IMG/VR virus record: IMGVR_UViG_3300028591_008384
DNA: 64,000 nt
Source: a virus
Taxonomy: Duplodnaviria; Heunggongvirae; Uroviricota; Caudoviricetes
Reading direction: 5' to 3' (one strand)
Shown: positions 45,116-53,966 of the stretch, one piece after another
Layout: each line of letters starts with the position of its first letter
How positions within the stretch are numbered: the stretch's first letter is position 1
The notes under the pieces: generated by a model
What the model saw: the letters and a program-made list of their open reading frames with translations, nothing else
Told to the model about the DNA's origin: nothing
The model's database searches: none
Made by a program: the position numbers and the translations under genes

Positions 45116-46344
45116 ATCCTGTTCATTGAATTGTCCAAGTCATCCTTGATGCGCTTGCAGTCGGCGAGGATGACTTCCCGCAGACGCTTGCCAAATTCAG
45201 GCCCTTCCTGAATACCTTCGGCAGCAACCTGCTTTCCGTATTCGGGTTCGCCCTTTCTACACCTAGCAATCAGTTCGCATATTGTCACCGCGCCCTCGCC
45301 CAGGGCAGTGCCATACGGGTTCAGTTCACGGTACAGGTTGGCGATGATCCTGAATTCCGGGGAAGCGGCCAGCTCGACAGAATAGAGCAGCTTCTCATCG
45401 GCAAGGCCGAACTTGCCGGACATGATGCCGATAAGGCCATCCCTGATGCGTTCGGCCATACGGATTTCCTTGCGGGTACAGCGGAGCCATTCCATTGTCT
45501 TCTTCGGCAGCATGCAGATGAATACGGACATGATTGTGTCTGCATCCACGTTGCCGCGCACCAAGGTTTCCACCAGCATGCGCTGACGGTCGAAGCAGAA
45601 GCCGGCATCCTGGAAAATCGATCCGATACCGTAATCGGACAAGTAACCAATCATGTTCACAAATGGCATAACTCCGTACTCGGCGCACTTGTGGAGCTCG
45701 TCATGGATACGTTCCATGGCAACGTTCTTTACATGGTGGAGACGGCTACGCATCGCCAGCTTGGTAAGATCGTCAATCACGAAACCGAAACGGGCAGCAA
45801 ATCGCATTCCGCGGATGATACGGAGGGAATCCTCGGTCATGCGGTCATACGGGTTGCCCACTGCACGAAGACGGCGGAACACCAGGTCATCGATGCCACC
45901 GAAGTAGTCTATGACATTGAGGTCCTTGTCCAGACCCATCGCGTTGATCGTGAAGTCACGACGGGCGCAGTCCTCCTTGAAGGACTTGGTGAAATTCACG
46001 GAATCCGGGTGACGACCGTCGGAGTAGTTGCCATCGACACGGAACTGAGTCACCTCGAACACCAGGCCCTCGTAATGGACCAGGATGGTGCCATGAGCCT
46101 CCCCGTTATTGGAATCGCAGCGGAAGGCAAGTTTCAGGTCCTCGATGGGCATATTGGTCGCGATGTCCACGTCATGGACGGGGACTTCGGCATCGGTGCC
46201 CGGAACCATGCCCAACTGGCGAATAACGAGGTCACGCACCGCACCGCCGGCAATGTATGCCTCGTGCTTGCGCTTGTGGATTTCGGCAAGAAGGCCAAGG
46301 CCCTTCCTGACGGTCTCCGAAATGTACTTCTCTTCAATCTTCAT
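45109..46344 (-). CDS. cca: tRNA nucleotidyltransferase (CCA-adding enzyme, class II polyA-polymerase head-domain type)
   Basis: ORF track 45109..46383 trimmed to the Met (MKIEEKY) 5 nt after the promoter box; motifs AYIAGGAVRDLV ... DVDIAT, RRDFTINAM, EDSLRIIRGMRFAARFGF. Confidence 0.75.
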   Translation of the reverse strand: MKIEEKYISETVRKGLGLLAEIHKRKHEAYIAGGAVRDLVIRQLGMVPGTDAEVPVHDVDIATNMPIEDLKLAFRCDSNNGEAHGTILVHYEGLVFEVTQFRVDGNYSDGRHPDSVNFTKSFKEDCARRDFTINAMGLDKDLNVIDYFGGIDDLVFRRLRAVGNPYDRMTEDSLRIIRGMRFAARFGFVIDDLTKLAMRSRLHHVKNVAMERIHDELHKCAEYGVMPFVNMIGYLSDYGIGSIFQDAGFCFDRQRMLVETLVRGNVDADTIMSVFICMLPKKTMEWLRCTRKEIRMAERIRDGLIGIMSGKFGLADEKLLYSVELAASPEFRIIANLYRELNPYGTALGEGAVTICELIARCRKGEPEYGKQVAAEGIQEGPEFGKRLREVILADCKRIKDDLDNSMNRMW

Positions 46345-46382
46345 GTCCCAAATGTAGCAAAAAGGTTGCCTTGCGGCAACCA
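46345..46382 (-). promoter_or_regulatory. fused intrinsic terminator and phage promoter
   Basis: Reverse complement GGTTGCC-gcaa-GGCAACC hairpin, then TTTTT, then GCTACATTTGGGAC-ATG; this terminates the upstream gene and provides the -33/-7 elements for cca. Confidence 0.5.
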
Positions 46383-46383
46383 T

Positions 46384-47025
46384 CTACTCTTTGGGGGGTT
46401 CGTAACTGTCGTACACCTTGACTTTCACCGTATCCAGCATTTTCTGTGCCTTATGGATAGCATAATGCCTGAATTTCTCGGCATCCGCTTCCTTCATGAA
46501 TATCTTCCCACCAACAAGGCAATGAGAATCCATCATTTTGAGGATAACTGCGTACGCTTCCTTGGGGTCTTTGGAAGGAACGGCCAATGGAGGATCTATT
46601 TTTGCCGGGTGCGGAGGCAGTGGCATCCACCATTCGATGGAATGGCCCTCGTCACCAGTCTGTACATCCAGGCAACGGTCGCTATGCGTGACGATATTGT
46701 TCACATCGGCATGATATTCTCCCCAGTCCAGCATTCCATCTTCCCAAATGAGGAGGACATACCCATCCTTCTCGGTCGGTTCACGCTCTTCCATCGAAAT
46801 CCACATGGAACCGGTGGCGCTTTCACGCTGAAACGCGGCCAGCATCTTCCGTAAAACCGCATTTTCCTCTTCCAGGCGGGCAAAATCGCTAATTGCGGTA
46901 TCGGCGAGCCGTTTCAGGTGTTCAAGTTCGCCCTTATGGACCTCCACCTTGATGTTCTGGGGGAGTTCCATACCGGGCATTATCGGGTAATGTGGTTCCA
47001 ATTCGTTATTGTTCATTCTGTTCAT
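46384..47025 (-). CDS. hypothetical protein
   Basis: ORF track 46384..47058 trimmed to Met12. Confidence 0.35.
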   Translation of the reverse strand: MNRMNNNELEPHYPIMPGMELPQNIKVEVHKGELEHLKRLADTAISDFARLEEENAVLRKMLAAFQRESATGSMWISMEEREPTEKDGYVLLIWEDGMLDWGEYHADVNNIVTHSDRCLDVQTGDEGHSIEWWMPLPPHPAKIDPPLAVPSKDPKEAYAVILKMMDSHCLVGGKIFMKEADAEKFRHYAIHKAQKMLDTVKVKVYDSYEPPKE

Positions 47026-47404
47026 TCCTAAAATTTGCGGATTGTGCCCATGCTGCACTCATTAGGGCATCCTGTGCATCGGGGGCATTCTTGTCAACAC
47101 CATAGAACCTACAAAGGCAAGTATACAGATCTTCGTCGCGTTCTACTGTCTCCACGGGTTCGCCACCATATTCCTCGACTTCCTCGAAGCGGTACTTCTG
47201 TTTCACATCCGGGTACTTCTCGTGGTCGACTTCCGAAAGGAACATATCGAGAGGACGGACACAGAGAGACTTGTCGCCATACAGGTGTCGATAGACAACC
47301 ATCGGCTCCTTGGTTTCGGAATGCTTCGCGATGCCCTCGACGATGTAATACTTTCCCTTGAAATGACGGTAGATACCGTGGACGGTCACTTCCCTACTTG
47401 ACAT
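47006..47404 (-). CDS. DUF1653-like protein
   Basis: ORF track 47006..47458 trimmed to Met19; [35 protein letters not shown] resembles the DUF1653 core. Confidence 0.45.
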   Translation of the reverse strand: MSSREVTVHGIYRHFKGKYYIVEGIAKHSETKEPMVVYRHLYGDKSLCVRPLDMFLSEVDHEKYPDVKQKYRFEEVEEYGGEPVETVERDEDLYTCLCRFYGVDKNAPDAQDALMSAAWAQSANFRNEQNEQ

Positions 47405-47708
47405 GCTTCTTCTCCGGGAAACGGTGGTCTTCTGGATAGAGGAACGCCTTATCGACATGCTCCCGCCGTTCCTCCATGTGCGCGATAAGTTCCTTCAAGT
47501 ATATGCGGTTGGCCGAATCCTCGGTCCACAGGTCCATCTCGAAATCGCGCTCGGTCTTGGTGGCAGCCTCGGACTTCCACTTCTCAATCAGTTCCTTCGG
47601 GATGGACGCGGCCATCTCGATACACCCTTTCAGGTACCAGGCGTATTCCCGGTCCGTGAGTTCACCGGCGCCATGCCGGCAGCAGGGACAGTTGCAAAAT
47701 TCTCTCAT
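47394..47708 (-). CDS. hypothetical Cys-rich protein
   Basis: ORF track 47394..47741 trimmed to Met12; N-terminus [13 protein letters not shown]. Confidence 0.35.
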   Translation of the reverse strand: MREFCNCPCCRHGAGELTDREYAWYLKGCIEMAASIPKELIEKWKSEAATKTERDFEMDLWTEDSANRIYLKELIAHMEERREHVDKAFLYPEDHRFPEKKHVK

Positions 47709-47866
47709 ATTTCTACCATGCGGACAACATGCATAGGGCAACTACCGCGCAAATTACGAGGCACACGAATGCCAGCACGCGATCGAGGTCCATTTACTTG
47801 TCCTTCCTTTTACGGCCATTCGTCCAATCAATGCAAATTATTGCATCCAGGATACCGCCGATTATA

Positions 47867-48454
47867 TCAAGAATCACTTCCAGCATCGGCATTCGCCTCA
47901 TCGGGAATATCTCGGTCCATCTCGGCTTCCAGATACTTTTGGAACTTCTCATTGGCGCTGTCCATCTGGTCCGGGAAATCCTCGGTCGCCGTATTCATCA
48001 GGATGTTGAACACCTGGTCGTCCATGTGGAATTCCGGCCTGTCCTTGTTGTACATCAGGCTATTGAAGATGTTACCGTCGGCATGACGCTTCACAGCCGC
48101 TGTCCAGTCAATCCACATTTCAAGCAACTGGTACAGGTTCATGCCGGAAATGCCCTGCGCACCGAAATGTTCCGGGTGATGGTCATTGTTGGCATAGTGA
48201 TGGTCAAGGCCGGGCTTGATCCTGGCCTTGGCATCGTCATAGGACTTCTCACCGAAAGTGCTGCTCTGCAACTGCGGGGTACCCTTGTCGAAATACTTGT
48301 GCTCCGGATCTTCCAGCTTGGAAGCATCATGGTGGGTAAGGCGTTCAAGGAACTTGTCACAGAACTTCTTACCGTTCTCGTTCACGAGGTCAATATGCTT
48401 CTGGGTTTCCGGACGGGAATCTCCCTCATATTCCGGCTTATCGTATCTAGGCAT
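47867..48454 (-). CDS. hypothetical protein (His-rich DHHYANNDHHPEHF motif)
   Basis: ORF track 195 aa. Confidence 0.4.
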   Translation of the reverse strand: MPRYDKPEYEGDSRPETQKHIDLVNENGKKFCDKFLERLTHHDASKLEDPEHKYFDKGTPQLQSSTFGEKSYDDAKARIKPGLDHHYANNDHHPEHFGAQGISGMNLYQLLEMWIDWTAAVKRHADGNIFNSLMYNKDRPEFHMDDQVFNILMNTATEDFPDQMDSANEKFQKYLEAEMDRDIPDEANADAGSDS

Positions 48455-49202
48455 TGAAGAAAGCCTCCATCATTTCGTCGTTTATGTCCTTCCTGAGAGC
48501 ATCCCAACGGTCGGCATCTACCTTGAACCCGTAAAGGATGGCGGGCTTGTCACCCGTGATACCTTCATCGAGGTATTTCTTGGCGAGTTTCTTGCCAAAC
48601 TTGGCATCGACACCCATTTCGGCCATCACGGCCTTGACAAACAGGCCGAACTCGTACACGGCCACGGGACAGTCAGTGTTCCCTTCAATCGTCCCCACGA
48701 ACGCATCGTCCCAACGCTTGTCCAGTTTGCCGACGATCGGCATATCCCACCGGGTGGAGTCACCGCGTTCCTCGATATCATGCAGCACTTCAAAAATTAT
48801 CGGGGCATGCTCATGCTCATACGGGAGCGAACGGACCGTATTGAAGTTAAAATCATCGTTAGCCAAGGTGTAAAGTTCGCTTTCCATGAAATCGGCATCG
48901 GCAAGCTGTTCCTCGGTGTAGTCGCCCATTTCTTCCGCCCAGTTGGGGCCATAGCTTTCCATTTTAGAACGGACGGAAAGCTCGTATTCATATACGGGAA
49001 CCTCGATGCCGTGCTCGTTCACGATTGTCCCAATCATGCCCTTTTCGCAGCCGTCCGGGAACATCATGTACTCGTTCTGCTTGTTGGTACGGCGGGTGGC
49101 TTCCTTGAACCTTGCCTTGACCGCCTTGGAGAAACCTTTGAGGTCCAGTGGATGTGGTCCGAACAGTTCCTCAATCTTCTGCTTTTCTTCTTCCTTATCC
49201 AT
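48447..49202 (-). CDS. hypothetical protein
   Basis: ORF track 48447..49256 trimmed to Met19. Confidence 0.4.
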   Translation of the reverse strand: MDKEEEKQKIEELFGPHPLDLKGFSKAVKARFKEATRRTNKQNEYMMFPDGCEKGMIGTIVNEHGIEVPVYEYELSVRSKMESYGPNWAEEMGDYTEEQLADADFMESELYTLANDDFNFNTVRSLPYEHEHAPIIFEVLHDIEERGDSTRWDMPIVGKLDKRWDDAFVGTIEGNTDCPVAVYEFGLFVKAVMAEMGVDAKFGKKLAKKYLDEGITGDKPAILYGFKVDADRWDALRKDINDEMMEAFFNA

Positions 49203-49926
49203 TACGTCCTTCCTTTGTGTACGCATTCCAGTCTGGCTGATTACTGGCATAAGCATGGAAACACTGTCCAGGCATCAGCCCGAGATTATATGCGACCGAA
49301 TCCGGCACAGCCACGCTGGAATAGCCGGGGTCCGGCACTTCCATATACTGGCGAGTAGGGGCCTCTGGCTTATCATCGCCATACTTGCGGACACGGTAAT
49401 AGGTCTCGCCCGTACAGGCCGTCCTTTCCCACGGTACAGTTTCGTTATCAAGACCAACCGCGTATGCGATGGTGTTGGAGTAAATCGGTGGCACAATCGC
49501 ATCGTTCATGCGTCCAATCAGCACCTGGCCCTTTCCCCTGGAAAGCCATTCGGATAGTTCCCGGTAGGTGACGATAGGACCCTCATGGCGCATACGGTCG
49601 GTATCATCGGCTTTATCATTTGCCCCACTGAAATAGTCATAGACTGCCTTGGCACCCATGCCGGTAGTCTCGGCGCAATGGTCCCATGTGGCACCCATGT
49701 TCCGTGCGGCCATGCCGTCACCGTGGGCAAATACGCGCTTTGCGCCGAGCCCTGGGTTCACATAGAACACTTCCGCCAGGTATGGGGCCCCGCTTTCCGG
49801 GTCGTTGGCATCCTCGTCATCCCATACAAACATCATCTTCGGAGGATCGAAGGTCACCGGCTTATCGGGCAAAAATTCCTTTACGTCCGGCAAGCTAATC
49901 TTGAATAACTTTTTTGTTTCAGCCAT
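49195..49926 (-). CDS. hypothetical protein
   Basis: ORF track 49195..49974 trimmed to the Met (MAETKK) directly after promoter box TTTTTTGCTATATTTTTGTC-ATG. Confidence 0.4.
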   Translation of the reverse strand: MAETKKLFKISLPDVKEFLPDKPVTFDPPKMMFVWDDEDANDPESGAPYLAEVFYVNPGLGAKRVFAHGDGMAARNMGATWDHCAETTGMGAKAVYDYFSGANDKADDTDRMRHEGPIVTYRELSEWLSRGKGQVLIGRMNDAIVPPIYSNTIAYAVGLDNETVPWERTACTGETYYRVRKYGDDKPEAPTRQYMEVPDPGYSSVAVPDSVAYNLGLMPGQCFHAYASNQPDWNAYTKEGRNG

Positions 49927-49927
49927 G

Positions 49928-49972
49928 ACAAAAATATAGCAAAAAAGACACGGCTTTGAAGAAAGCCGTGCC
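49928..49972 (-). promoter_or_regulatory. intrinsic terminator (hairpin CACGGCTTT-cttcaa-AAGCCGTG plus T-run) immediately followed by the phage promoter box
   Basis: Reverse complement cacggctttcttcaaagccgtgtcttttttgctatatttttgtcATG; the terminator of the kinase gene and the promoter of the next gene share the T-tract. Confidence 0.5.
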
Positions 49973-49992
49973 ATTGAATTGTTAAAAAATGT

Positions 49993-50712
49993 TTACTTGG
50001 AGACGATTTCCACGATGCGCTCGGCGATCCGCTTCACGTCTTCGCGTACCTCATTCGCAAATACGACGGGTTCCGGGAAATGCGGGTCGTTGGAAGCACA
50101 CCACTTGTTGTACAGGTTATTCTGCATGTCGTCCGTAAGGGCGACCATCTTCCTGAAATTGGCCAGCAGCAGCTTGTTCTTGTCGTATTCCTCCTGGGGC
50201 AACACAAGGAACCCACGGCATTCGGTCTGGATATTGTTACGGATTGCATAACGGGAAACAACTCGGTCGATGCGCTCGTCGGTATTCGGCACGGTGATGC
50301 GGAATACATGGTCGATGGTACGCGCCGGGTTGACCCATTCGTACATCCACTTGCACATGACGGCGCTCTCGATGAAGATCGTCTTGTCGTTATACTGCCG
50401 GTCAAAGGTGAAATCGCAGAATATCTGCCCAAGCGCCAAACGCAGCGGGTACTGGACAAGGTTCATGAGGAAGTCATAGACCGTCCCGTCCTTCAATGCG
50501 AGGTCACGCACTTCCTGTGACAGGGAACCGAATGCATCGATTGCATCCGGGCCCCAGATGGATGTGACAGTACCGTACACGCTAGGGTTGCTCCTGTAGA
50601 TAACCTTCATCAGGTTGTCCGTGTTGATGACCGGGTAGCCCATCTTCCTGAGTTCCTCGGCCACACTGCTCTTCCCAGAGCCGATATTTCCACAAATGAT
50701 ACCGATTTTCAT
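49993..50712 (-). CDS. P-loop kinase, dephospho-CoA-kinase-like fold (possible nucleotide/polynucleotide kinase)
   Basis: ORF track 49993..50862 trimmed to Met51; Walker A IGIICGNIGSGKSSVAEELRKMGYPVINTDNL parallels the CoaE N-terminus. Confidence 0.45.
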   Translation of the reverse strand: MKIGIICGNIGSGKSSVAEELRKMGYPVINTDNLMKVIYRSNPSVYGTVTSIWGPDAIDAFGSLSQEVRDLALKDGTVYDFLMNLVQYPLRLALGQIFCDFTFDRQYNDKTIFIESAVMCKWMYEWVNPARTIDHVFRITVPNTDERIDRVVSRYAIRNNIQTECRGFLVLPQEEYDKNKLLLANFRKMVALTDDMQNNLYNKWCASNDPHFPEPVVFANEVREDVKRIAERIVEIVSK

Positions 50713-50713
50713 G

Positions 50714-51829
50714 CTATTTCTCCACTTTGAGAATGTAATCAGGTTCCATATCAGCATTGGCACCGCCGCTGATGGTGTCGCGATACGGGTCAAGGATGCG
50801 TTCCTTGTCGATCCAGGACGCGCAGAGGTTTCCGTTCGGGTGGAACACGGCCTCGTAGACACGGTTCGGGTGCTTCTTTACCTCGATGCCCTGCTGCACC
50901 ATGTTCGCACCCTCGGAGGCGACCGTCGCGCCACGGTACTTGTAGATTTCCACATAGTAATAGTAGCCGAGGATGTTCAGGTACTTCTCGAATTCCGGGT
51001 AATTATCAATCTTGGCCCAGATATCGTTCAGCCTGACCTTGTTGTCCACGCAATACTGGGTCTTTTCCAGGTTGATTGCGGTCGTGTCGTAGTCCATGAG
51101 TTCGCGGAAGATGAAGTTGTTGGCGCCCATGTCGATATAGGTGTCCAGGTACTCCTTCATCTTCTCCACGGAGTTCACTTCCTCCTTCAAGAGGAGGCAG
51201 GAGATGCGGTGCTTCATGTCGGAATGGTTCGTGATGTCGATGATGTCGCGCATCATTTCATTGGAACAGAACCCTTCCTCGTTGTTGAAGCGCATGAGAC
51301 GCTTCGCGGCCTCGTCGGAAATGGCCGGGCGGGAGATGTTCAGGTGGTTCCAGCCGTTGTCCATCAGGTGGTCGATGACCATCTTGTTCCCGACCTTGTC
51401 GAACAGGTGGGAACCGTTGGTCGTGATTGTGCGCTTGCGGAAGCCGAGCTCGTTCACCATTTCGAGAACCGGGATGAGCTTCTTGGACATGGTCGGTTCA
51501 CCGCCCGTGATGGAAATGCTCGGGTTGAGGGGACGGATCATTTCAAGGATTTCACGGCAACGGGGAAGCCACTGGTCATCCGGCAGCTTCTCCTTCTGGT
51601 ACATCAGGCCCTTGTTGGCGTAGCGGAGCTGCGCGACACAGAACTTGCAGTCCGCGTTGCAGTAGTCGCTGATGAAGATACTGAAGTTGAAGTTCTTGTA
51701 GACATCGTACTCGCCGGTCCAGAACCTGTGATGGATGCTCTCGTACTGGGTGATGTCGTAATTCTTCTGGCGTTCTTCCCTGAGTTCGGGCTGCCAGCGA
51801 ATTTCTCTTTCTGCACCTACTTTAATCAT
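50714..51829 (-). CDS. radical SAM enzyme (paralog of 51826..52788)
   Basis: ORF track 371 aa; CNADCKFC (CxxxCxxC) and ISITGGEPT SAM-binding motif; ATGA overlap with the upstream gene. Confidence 0.6.
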   Translation of the reverse strand: MIKVGAEREIRWQPELREERQKNYDITQYESIHHRFWTGEYDVYKNFNFSIFISDYCNADCKFCVAQLRYANKGLMYQKEKLPDDQWLPRCREILEMIRPLNPSISITGGEPTMSKKLIPVLEMVNELGFRKRTITTNGSHLFDKVGNKMVIDHLMDNGWNHLNISRPAISDEAAKRLMRFNNEEGFCSNEMMRDIIDITNHSDMKHRISCLLLKEEVNSVEKMKEYLDTYIDMGANNFIFRELMDYDTTAINLEKTQYCVDNKVRLNDIWAKIDNYPEFEKYLNILGYYYYVEIYKYRGATVASEGANMVQQGIEVKKHPNRVYEAVFHPNGNLCASWIDKERILDPYRDTISGGANADMEPDYILKVEK

Positions 51830-52788
51830 AGTGCCTCTCCGTGGAATCCTTTCCTGATGATGCCGTGGTTGAACGAAAGCGAACCAATAACGTCGGCATC
51901 GACCACATGGTTCGTGTAAACCTTGACAATGTACGTCATGCCGGTCTCATGCGAGGTATAGAGATACAGCTCGATGTCGTAGAACATGCCGTTCACTGTC
52001 CTGATGTATTCAAAGTCCCTGCTCATCCGCACCGCGTCGGCAATCCAGGCAATGGGTGCCCACATCCTCTGCATCTTCCCTTCGAGTTCGCGGAACAGGC
52101 AGCTTTCAATCCCGTTCTTGTACTGGAAATCGACAAAGTGGAGCATCTTCTGGTATGTATCGACGAAACCGGATAGGAAATTGGTACTGGTGCGCAACTG
52201 GACCCCGTTCGCCTTGGCGATGGTCGCGAGGCGCCTGAGGTCATCGTTTCCGATGTTGCGCTGCCTGGACGAATACTTCTCGCCCATCATGATGCGGTCG
52301 TTCTCCCATTCGTCCTCGGCCATGCGGCTGATCGAGATATTGTGGGTGTACCCGTTCTCGATGAGGTGCTGGAAGACGGTCTTCCCCTCGTACTTTTCAA
52401 GGAGGCCGATGCCGGTGGTAGACACGGTGCGCTCATGCACCCCGTGCTTGACCAGGATACGGACCGTCTCGACCAGGCGCCTCGGGAGAAGGGTGGGTTC
52501 CCCGCCCGTGATGGTCGCTTCCAGCTTCACGCCGGACAACTTTTCCAGGCCATTCTCCAGGTCCTCGTAATAGGTGGTGTCGCCCATGCGGAACTGGTCC
52601 GTCTGCCCCTTGTTGATGCAGAAGTCGCATGCGTTCTGGCACGTATTCGTGATGAACACGTTCAGGTTGCAGGGGTTGTAGAACCTGTACTCGGTTTCGC
52701 CCACCTTCACGGTGTCCACCGAGGCATGCTCGACATCGTGCTGCTCGGTCACGAAGTCGTCGTATGGAGCGAACTTGATGGTATTCAC
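51826..52788 (-). CDS. radical SAM enzyme (paralog of 50714..51829)
   Basis: ORF track 51826..52866; CQNACDFC and ATITGGEPT; proposed GTG start at 52786-52788 overlapping the TGA of the upstream rSAM gene (tcGTGAat) with SD gagagg. Confidence 0.55.
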   Translation of the reverse strand: MNTIKFAPYDDFVTEQHDVEHASVDTVKVGETEYRFYNPCNLNVFITNTCQNACDFCINKGQTDQFRMGDTTYYEDLENGLEKLSGVKLEATITGGEPTLLPRRLVETVRILVKHGVHERTVSTTGIGLLEKYEGKTVFQHLIENGYTHNISISRMAEDEWENDRIMMGEKYSSRQRNIGNDDLRRLATIAKANGVQLRTSTNFLSGFVDTYQKMLHFVDFQYKNGIESCLFRELEGKMQRMWAPIAWIADAVRMSRDFEYIRTVNGMFYDIELYLYTSHETGMTYIVKVYTNHVVDADVIGSLSFNHGIIRKGFHGEAL

Positions 52789-53456
52789 GACAGGTTCCTC
52801 TCGTGTTCGGAACGGGCAACCAGGTCCTGCTGGAAACAGAGACCATCGACCGAGTAAATCTTCCATTCCTCGATGTTCTGGACGATCTTCACGCCGTCAT
52901 AGTCGCTACCGGTCATCTTCCCGTAACTCTGGAGGAAGAACGAGTGGTTGATGGCCTCCATGCCGGCCTTCTTTATTTCCTCGTCAATCCATTCGTCGTT
53001 GTAGCGCTTGCGGGTGTTGAGGACGATGTTGAAGTTCGGCATGTATTCGGTGGCGAACACATAGTCGGCAATCAGCTTGATGTGGTCCTCGTGCTTCTTG
53101 ATGAGCCAGTAGTTCACCGACACCTTGATTTCGAACGGCACGTCATACCACTTGTACACGCTCACCAGGCGCGGCAGGTGCTTACCGAGCACGATGCCGT
53201 TCGTAAGGATGTTCACCTTCTTGCAACGGCCAGTCGCGATGGCGTATTCGAGGAATAGGTAGAAATTCCTGTGGATCAGGGGTTCACCGCCCTCGAACTG
53301 TATCTCGAATTCCCCGTAGCAGTCATCCACGATCCGGCGGAACACGTCGAACTTCATGTCGATTGTCTTGCCGGTCCCGGAATACATGCAGCAGAACGGA
53401 CAGTCCGTGTTGCAGCGGTTCGTGATGTTGATGTATAGTCTTGTTCCTTTTTCCAT
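52785..53456 (-). CDS. small radical SAM enzyme (223 aa)
   Basis: ORF track; CNTDCPFC and FEGGEPL; leaderless after the promoter box. Confidence 0.55.
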   Translation of the reverse strand: MEKGTRLYINITNRCNTDCPFCCMYSGTGKTIDMKFDVFRRIVDDCYGEFEIQFEGGEPLIHRNFYLFLEYAIATGRCKKVNILTNGIVLGKHLPRLVSVYKWYDVPFEIKVSVNYWLIKKHEDHIKLIADYVFATEYMPNFNIVLNTRKRYNDEWIDEEIKKAGMEAINHSFFLQSYGKMTGSDYDGVKIVQNIEEWKIYSVDGLCFQQDLVARSEHERNLS

Positions 53457-53523
53457 ACAGCAAATATAGCATTGGCAAATAAAAATGGCAACCAGTGTAC
53501 GGGGACACCGGTTGCCATCCAGA
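53457..53523 (-). promoter_or_regulatory. fused intrinsic terminator (TGGCAACC...GGTTGCCA hairpin plus T-run) and phage promoter
   Basis: Reverse complement tggcaaccggtgtccccgtacactGGTTGCCAtttttatttgccaaTGCTATATTTGctgtATG. Confidence 0.5.
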
Positions 53524-53539
53524 AGGAGAAAGGTTCTGA

Positions 53540-53785
53540 CTACTTCTTCTTGGCCTTGAGAGCAGCCACGGTAGCCTGCAACTTGGAAATCTTGTCCTGG
53601 GCCTTGGCGAGCTTGGCAGCGGAGGCGGCAGAAGCCTTGGCAGCCTTGGCGTTGGCGGAGGCGAGGGCCTTGGCGAGCTTGCTGTTATCAGCAGTGAGCT
53701 TCTTGATGGTGGCCTTGGATTCCTTGTCGGCAGTGCACTTTGCGGCGCAAGTCTTGGAGGCAGTAGCAACAGCGTTCTTTTTCAT
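53540..53785 (-). CDS. Ala/Lys-rich small basic protein (histone H1-like / low-complexity)
   Basis: ORF track 81 aa; the sequence is almost entirely A/K/S/T; promoter box GTTGCCAAC...TTGCTATATTC upstream at 53822-53860. Confidence 0.4.
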   Translation of the reverse strand: MKKNAVATASKTCAAKCTADKESKATIKKLTADNSKLAKALASANAKAAKASAASAAKLAKAQDKISKLQATVAALKAKKK

Positions 53786-53821
53786 TTTTTATCCTTTGGT
53801 TTAGGTTTTACTGTTTCAGTA

Positions 53822-53860
53822 ACGAGAATATAGCAATAAATTGACAAGTTGGCAACAGTT
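53822..53860 (-). promoter_or_regulatory. phage promoter motif
   Basis: Reverse complement TGTTGCCAACTTGTCAATTTATTGCTATATTCTCG. Confidence 0.45.
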
Positions 53861-53883
53861 ATCCACAAAATGCCAACAAAAAA

Positions 53884-53959
53884 TGCCGACGGCCAGGGTC
53901 GAACTGGCAACCTGTCGATTAGAAGTCGAGTGCTCTGAAGTCCATTGAGCTACGCCGGC
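53884..53959 (-). tRNA. tRNA-Arg(TCT)
   Basis: Hand-folded: acceptor GCCGGCG/CGTCGGC, T-arm GCCAGTTCGACCCTGGC, anticodon loop CTTCTAA; C27/C43 mismatch noted. Confidence 0.5.
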
Positions 53960-53966
53960 TGAAAGA

